The notes under the pieces were generated by a model. That model did no database searches. It was not told the origin of the DNA and saw only the letters and a program-made list of their open reading frames with translations. The translations under genes were made by a program, and so were the position numbers. From Candidatus Aenigmatarchaeota archaeon (GTDB lineage Archaea; Aenigmatarchaeota; Aenigmatarchaeia; CG10238-14; SCSR01): DNA of 64,000 nt. The stretch is taken from assembly GCA_038999725.1 (NCBI GenBank), contig JAWBWS010000002.1, positions 133,135 to 197,134 on the forward strand, read 5' to 3'. This document shows positions 59,152 to 64,000 of this stretch, one piece after another; position 1 is the first letter of the stretch, and every line of letters starts with the position of its first letter.

Positions 59152-60141
59152 TTAACAACTACCACTAACAGAACTTGAAGAGCCAGAGAGTTTTTGAGAA
59201 CATTTTTCAGGAGGTGTATTAAATGCAGAACAAACCGCAGACTTTATACCTTCTGGACTTCTATCAATATTTCTCACATACACGCCGTTTATCACGAAAG
59301 ATGGTGAGCCGGTTAATCCCAATCTATTCGCATCTTGTATATCTTGCTGGTAATATTTTTCTCCCTCTTTTTCTACACACTCCATAATCTTGCTGGAATT
59401 TATACCAACAGAATCCATAAGTACAATTGACTCATTTTTATCACACTCTAGGCTTCTCGTCCTAACACACTTTTGATACACACTATTTGAATATTGCTTG
59501 GCGTAAGCCCAATATTTATCTGGCACAAGTTTCTGAATACATTCTTGAATCATATTTTGCTGTCTCTCATACTCCCCATGCATGTGGCTAAAGAATTTAG
59601 TTTCAAAATCAGCATAGCCTTTTAAGAAGTTCGCCACTTCAGAAAGAGAATCTAGAGCAGAAACACCATATGGGCAATAAGAAAAGATATAAAGCTGTAC
59701 TTTTGGTTTATCTGTTTTTGGAATTTCTTGAGTTGCTTGTCCTCCCTCCATCGCTTGTCTTGGTAGAGGTTGACTCATATCATAAATCCACATTATTTGC
59801 CAAAGATATTTTCCATCTTTTGAAGCATAAACTGGAATCCTGTTTCCCTGATAGTTTGTTATTATCTCATAAAAGCTGCCTTTATCATTAATGGAAACCA
59901 AACTTACGCTTGTTCCTGGTTGAACCAAATTCTGATTTATGTAATTGATGACTTTTTCACCAATTTGTTGGCTGGTGTTTGCAGGCAAACCCAAGAAGCC
60001 GGATAAATTGATAAACCCAAACAATTGAACCAAAATTATGAAAGCAAAAATAATTGACAGAACTCGCCAGATATTTATCTTGGATATGTTTGGTAATTTT
60101 ATTTTAATTACCTTTCCCTTTCCAGAAGTTTCTTCAACCAT
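59152..60141 (-). CDS. Membrane-anchored DsbA/thioredoxin-fold protein with CPYG motif
   Basis: TM helix, DsbC-like N-terminal region (VYASKDGKYL), FSYCPYG, MHG, GLTGSPSFVING, C-terminal Cys. Confidence 0.78.
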   Translation of the reverse strand: MVEETSGKGKVIKIKLPNISKINIWRVLSIIFAFIILVQLFGFINLSGFLGLPANTSQQIGEKVINYINQNLVQPGTSVSLVSINDKGSFYEIITNYQGNRIPVYASKDGKYLWQIMWIYDMSQPLPRQAMEGGQATQEIPKTDKPKVQLYIFSYCPYGVSALDSLSEVANFLKGYADFETKFFSHMHGEYERQQNMIQECIQKLVPDKYWAYAKQYSNSVYQKCVRTRSLECDKNESIVLMDSVGINSSKIMECVEKEGEKYYQQDIQDANRLGLTGSPSFVINGVYVRNIDRSPEGIKSAVCSAFNTPPEKCSQKLSGSSSSVSGSC

Positions 60142-60177
60142 AAAATAACCTATGAAAAGAAAAGCATAAAAAGATTT

Positions 60178-60414
60178 TCATTCTTCATACCGCCTTAAGG
60201 CTAGTGCCATTGCTATCCACAATAAACCTGCAAGCAAGAAAAAAATCAAAGCTAGGAGGAAGGCCACCCAAAAAGCTGTTACATTGGTTTCATGAGTTAG
60301 TTGTAGCTCACCAGCTACCATCGATCCTAGGAGCATGAAGATGGAAGCTAAAACCCAAAGCAAAGCTATTTTCCATCTTTTCTTCTTGTGGAATCTAGGA
60401 ACCATCCTAACCAT
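60178..60414 (-). CDS. Small two-TM membrane protein
   Basis: 78 aa; basic N-terminus and two hydrophobic helices. Confidence 0.7.
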   Translation of the reverse strand: MVRMVPRFHKKKRWKIALLWVLASIFMLLGSMVAGELQLTHETNVTAFWVAFLLALIFFLLAGLLWIAMALALRRYEE

Positions 60415-60446
60415 ATTAAAAACTATTTGGAAACTAGAATAAAAAT

Positions 60447-60704
60447 CTATAGGCTTCTCGTTATTCCTGTGACTTCAACTTCTCCCACTTCATCTATTCT
60501 CCTTAGCCTTCTTTCCAACTCGTCAATCTGGCCTTCGGCATCTGGCACAAGTTTAACGGCATGAATTGCAACTAGACCAAAAGCTATTGGTTCTCTCTCG
60601 ATTTTTTCGGGGAAAATTGCTTCCTTTATTTTTTTCTCCAGTTCATCCAAATCGACTTCAATCGATTTTGGTAAAATTTTCAAATCAACAATCACTTCTC
60701 CCAT
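60447..60704 (-). CDS. ef1b: Translation elongation factor 1-beta
   Basis: MGEVIVDLKILP, EPIAFGL. Confidence 0.93.
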   Translation of the reverse strand: MGEVIVDLKILPKSIEVDLDELEKKIKEAIFPEKIEREPIAFGLVAIHAVKLVPDAEGQIDELERRLRRIDEVGEVEVTGITRSL

Positions 60705-60866
60705 CTAAGGCCCCGTGAAATTGCATTCTTCACACACATATTTATTGCTTAAAGCCTTGCAAGTGGAGCAGCGAATTATTTCCGTTCTTCCACAAGCAGG
60801 GCAATTAAACTTTACAAAATTCCTTTTTGCTGAAATGTTGACATTGCAGGTTGAGCATTTCAGCAT
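60705..60866 (-). CDS. Small Zn-ribbon protein (DUF1610/COG2888 family), absent from the ORF track
   Basis: Hand translation: MLKCSTCNVNISAKRNFVKFNCPACGRTEIIRCSTCKALSNKYVCEECNFTGP*. Four CxxC pairs, F-x-GP end, usual position upstream of ef1b. Confidence 0.92.
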   Translation of the reverse strand: MLKCSTCNVNISAKRNFVKFNCPACGRTEIIRCSTCKALSNKYVCEECNFTGP

Positions 60867-60913
60867 ACAATCACTAGATTAAATTAATTGGGAAGAAATA
60901 TTTTTATAGCTAT

Positions 60914-60997
60914 GCCCCCATCGTCTAATGGAAAGGACGAGAGCTTGCGGTTCTTGGTAAAAAGCTCTTGGTCTGGGTTCGAATCCCAGTGGGGGCG
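60914..60997 (+). tRNA. tRNA-Arg(GCG) with a 12-nt intron at 37/38 (60951-60962)
   Basis: Acceptor GCCCCCA/TGGGGGC-G, A20, stem AGAGC/GCTCT, loop TT-GCG-G|intron|A, splice helix TTGC/GTAA, T arm CTGGG-TTCGAAT-CCCAG. Confidence 0.9.
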
Positions 60998-61068
60998 TAA
61001 AATTACCTTTTTTTGAATTTTAAAAAGCCTACAAATGTTTAAATACTTAACTGCTAATAAGGATAAAT

Positions 61069-61386
61069 ATGGGTTGGATAAAATCGTTGAAATTAAGATT
61101 GAGCGATACCGTAGCTTCCCTTTATGGAAAGAAAGAAGAGAAGGGGTTGGACGTAAAGAAGTACACTCTTGACCGAGGCGCCTTCAAAAATCCAGCAAGT
61201 TCCTTCCTCTATACAATTGGCTCATTGGGAGTTCTAGTTGGGGCTATTGCAGCAGCACCATTCACCATTGCTATAGGAGCTTTCTCCATAGGTTGTGGTT
61301 TAGTTGCAGGAGCTTATCTTGCATGGGAGATACCTAGAGAGCAAGAGTTTTACAAAGAGGTAGAAAAATATTTGAAAAAAACCTAA
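61069..61386 (+). CDS. Hypothetical membrane protein with Gly/Ala-rich hairpin
   Basis: Long hydrophobic small-residue segment; TTTAAATA 23 nt upstream of the ATG. Confidence 0.65.
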   Translation: MGWIKSLKLRLSDTVASLYGKKEEKGLDVKKYTLDRGAFKNPASSFLYTIGSLGVLVGAIAAAPFTIAIGAFSIGCGLVAGAYLAWEIPREQEFYKEVEKYLKKT

Positions 61387-62195
61387 AGACTATATCGTGT
61401 TCCTGTAAATTTTCTGAAATCAACTGGTTTTGCTATTTTCCATAAATTTTTCATGTAGCTATCTATAACAGCAACAAAAGAAGGATCGTTAGACCAAATT
61501 GTTTTGAATTTAAATTTTCTTGCAGTTGGATTACTATCAAGCCTTATTGCAACTTCCCTTCCATCAACCACAAGAATGCGGGGATGAACTTTTGTTTCAA
61601 AAACTTTTATTGGAATTTTCTGATCATAGTACCATTTGGCTCTCTGGAAATTATCTTCTGTTATCCCCATACCTATCATCATGATCTTAACCTTCCTCCT
61701 CAAGCAATTTTTTATGACATCCCTGAGCATAGGTGAAAGAGAAAAATCGCGTGTTATGCTGATTGAATATTTATTTGCTCTTTCCAGCATCTCGGCAAGC
61801 TTGTTCAGAACTTCAATAGCTTTCTCTCCATTTTGCTCCCAAATTCCTTCTATCTCTTCTCCCCTCCTTTCAAAAGCCTTGAGTTGAGAAATCAAATTGC
61901 TCGCCCTTTCTTTTATAAACTTTAACTCATGTTCTTTTTCATCTATCAAGCCTTTGATTGCAACTCTTGCGTCAATGGCCCTAAATAGCTTTGGTTTTTC
62001 TTCCAGCACTTCAACCATTTGTTTCGATATCAAACTTTCAAGAACTTCATAAATTTTTGATCTTGGTATTTGAGTTGCTTTGCTGAGCTCGTTTGCCGGA
62101 GAAGGTCCTAGTAAAATGAGTTCTGTGTAGGCCCTTGCCTCGTATTCTCTCAGGCCAAGTTGCTTCAAAATTCCAAAAATTTCCAGTTTCTCCAC
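61383..62195 (-). CDS. TrmB family transcriptional regulator
   Basis: LGLREYEARAY, IPRSKIYEVLESL, C-terminal PLD-like HPRILVVDG domain. Confidence 0.9.
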   Translation of the reverse strand: MEKLEIFGILKQLGLREYEARAYTELILLGPSPANELSKATQIPRSKIYEVLESLISKQMVEVLEEKPKLFRAIDARVAIKGLIDEKEHELKFIKERASNLISQLKAFERRGEEIEGIWEQNGEKAIEVLNKLAEMLERANKYSISITRDFSLSPMLRDVIKNCLRRKVKIMMIGMGITEDNFQRAKWYYDQKIPIKVFETKVHPRILVVDGREVAIRLDSNPTARKFKFKTIWSNDPSFVAVIDSYMKNLWKIAKPVDFRKFTGTRYSL

Positions 62196-62268
62196 TTTTA
62201 AAATTTTTGCAAGATGGTTTAAATTGTTTACAGTTAGAGAAGAAACTTCAGAGAAAATTCATCAAAAT

Positions 62269-62400
62269 TTAGGAAGATTGTTTCCCACCTTTTAGCTTCA
62301 GATAATTGCTCAAAAAATTCATCAAACTTTTAACCTCATTTTCTTTTAACCCACACTCTCTTAAGCCTTCTTCAACTTTCGCTAGACCTTTCTTTTTCAT
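62269..62400 (-). CDS. Possible 43-aa micro-protein resembling the TrmB N-terminal helices
   Basis: Hand translation: MKKKGLAKVEEGLRECGLKENEVKSLMNFLSNYLKLKGGKQSS*. GTGAT about 11 nt upstream. Confidence 0.45.
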   Translation of the reverse strand: MKKKGLAKVEEGLRECGLKENEVKSLMNFLSNYLKLKGGKQSS

Positions 62401-62522
62401 GTTTTTAAGATATCACTAAGAGTTAATGAAATTAAGCCACCACTTTGGGTGACGAAAATCAAATTTGTAGTCACAGCTTGGGTGAGTAACTCAATTTAAT
62501 ACCAAATAGAAAAGAGAAAATT

Positions 62523-63326
62523 GTGGAGAAGGAGGAGATTATCAAAACCTTGCAAAAATTTGGCTTGACAGAATATGAAGCTAAAACTTATGTGGCTTTA
62601 AGCTTGTTGGGATTGGCAAAAGCGAGCGAAATAAGCAAGCAGGCTTGCGTGCCTCAATCAAAAATATACACCACGCTCGAGAGCTTGATGGAAAAGCAGC
62701 TTGTTGAAACTTCTGGAGAAAGACCAAAACTTTTTAAAGCTGTTACACCGCGATTCGTGATAAGAAGCTTGCTTGAAGCCAAGGAAAAGGAATTCAGGAA
62801 CTTGAGGGAAAAGGCCTTTTTGATAAGCAGGCTCTTGAGGCCTATAGAAGTGGATGAAGAACTTGTTGAGGGGATTTGGGTTCAAAAAACTGAGAAATAT
62901 ATGGAAAGCCTTGACAAGCTGATTCAACTGTTAAAGAAAGCTAGGAGATTTGTTTATGAGTTGATGGAAAGTCTACCTTATTCCTCAAGCTACAGGCGAG
63001 CTTTGCTCGAAGCCAAAGCAAGAGGGGTAAAGCTGCATCTCATAACCACAAACTTGGAAAATTGGGAAAAGGTTAAGTGGTATTTGAGAAGTGGAATAAA
63101 GTTAAAGCTTGCTGATGTTGGGATGCATCCAAGGATAATTGTGATTGATGGGGAAGAGGCGATAGTTAGGTTGGAAGATGGAAATAAACTAAGCTTTCAT
63201 TCAATTTGGTCTAAAGACCCTTCATTTGTTAACATGTTGAGCAATTACATGAGAAGTTTGTGGGAAAGAGGGAAAGAGGTGAAAGTGAGCAAGAGTTCTA
63301 CACTTATCTACAATTCTTTGACTTAA
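62523..63326 (+). CDS. TrmB family transcriptional regulator (paralogue of 61383-62195)
   Basis: FGLTEYEAKTY, VPQSKIYTTLESL, EGIW, HPRIIVIDG, IWSKDPSFV. Confidence 0.9.
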   Translation: MEKEEIIKTLQKFGLTEYEAKTYVALSLLGLAKASEISKQACVPQSKIYTTLESLMEKQLVETSGERPKLFKAVTPRFVIRSLLEAKEKEFRNLREKAFLISRLLRPIEVDEELVEGIWVQKTEKYMESLDKLIQLLKKARRFVYELMESLPYSSSYRRALLEAKARGVKLHLITTNLENWEKVKWYLRSGIKLKLADVGMHPRIIVIDGEEAIVRLEDGNKLSFHSIWSKDPSFVNMLSNYMRSLWERGKEVKVSKSSTLIYNSLT

Positions 63327-63482
63327 ATCTTTAGAAGCTTTCAACCACTTCAAGAAAGCTTTCAATAACAGTGCCGTTATTCTCCTTCATTTGAGATAAC
63401 AAAGTTGAGAAGGATAATTTGTTGCCTCTCCTTTTACAAAAATAACACAAGCTATTAAAATTTTATGTACCAAAACAATATC

Positions 63483-64000
63483 ATGAAAAAAGACGAAAGT
63501 TTTGGAAACTTAGATTTAGAGACAGAAAGTTGTGATGAGGACGAAAAAAGTCTTGACCTTGAAGTAGAATTAAATAAAGCTATCTTCAAAGTTGGGATTG
63601 TAAACTGGTTCAAAAGCTTGTTTGATCAGGATAAGGAAGAGGAAGTTGCTGAAAAGATTGTGGAGCATTTTTGTGAGATAGGAAAATTGGAGGAGCTGAA
63701 GGAATATTTGAAGAATTGGGGGAAAGAGAATGGAAGTTATGAAATAGGGTTGCAAAAATTGGAGATCAAAGAAAAAATACTTGAAGAGTTGCCACATGTC
63801 AAGGTGAATAAAAGGAGGAAATTTGGTTTTATACCTTCTTCTCAAGTGACTTTAAATCCTGGCTATGAAAGTTTTTTCACCCCCCTGATTGAAGCTTACG
63901 GCAAGGATATGGTTTACTCTGCTCTCAAGGGATTGGAGAAAGAAGTCCCGGAAATGTTAAAGGGAAACTTAAAAGCATTGACAAGGGAGTTTGAGAAGAG
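63483..64000 (+). CDS. Hypothetical protein, 3'-truncated by the window edge
   Basis: Open frame from ATG 63483 (MKKDESFGNLDLETESCDEDEKSL...) with no stop to the end of the window. Confidence 0.7.
   Translation, partial: MKKDESFGNLDLETESCDEDEKSLDLEVELNKAIFKVGIVNWFKSLFDQDKEEEVAEKIVEHFCEIGKLEELKEYLKNWGKENGSYEIGLQKLEIKEKILEELPHVKVNKRRKFGFIPSSQVTLNPGYESFFTPLIEAYGKDMVYSALKGLEKEVPEMLKGNLKALTREFEK

Noticed and set aside
771..63845. The many 60-205 aa Phe/Ser/Ile-rich ORFs antisense to or inside recognised genes
   Set aside because: Expected shadow frames of A-rich (Lys/Glu) coding strands; no independent motifs.
60998..64000. Genomic island starting at tRNA-Arg(GCG)
   Set aside because: Accessory-looking genes follow, but no att repeat or integrase is visible within the window, so it cannot be supported.
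1..64000. CRISPR arrays, IS elements, inteins, rRNA
   Set aside because: No regularly spaced repeats, transposase motifs, oversized housekeeping genes or long GC-rich structural RNA seen.

Overview
AT-rich, very compact archaeal chromosome segment. The gene content and divergence pattern suggest a DPANN-type archaeon, possibly Aenigmatarchaeota; this is inference only. It is mostly housekeeping: AlaRS, IleRS, HisRS, ProRS, class I LysRS, AlaX, aIF5B, EF-1beta, L21e, RpoF, Pus10, TrmY, SRP54/FtsY, prefoldin, thermosome, proteasome beta, aCPSF1, PINA, HerA/Rad50/Mre11 and Cdc6. It also carries a type IV pilus locus, surface proteins and glycosylation genes. No CRISPR array, transposase, integrase or rRNA was seen. 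Main items not explained by the ORF track: (1) a LUD Fe-S / membrane thioredoxin / CcdA / CCG-domain operon. Its LUD protein ends in Cys-Cys, and it shares a palindrome-containing divergent promoter with a membrane-anchored CxC-wHTH regulator. It is a candidate undescribed transmembrane thiol-redox system. (2) Three intron-containing tRNAs, including a rare tRNA-Ile(UAU) and a tRNA-Arg(CCU) with two related non-canonical introns. (3) Unannotated micro-ORFs resembling isolated pieces of larger proteins: the AlaRS C-terminal helix, the TFB zinc ribbon and the TrmB N-terminal helix. All calls come from reading motifs by eye; no database searches were run.
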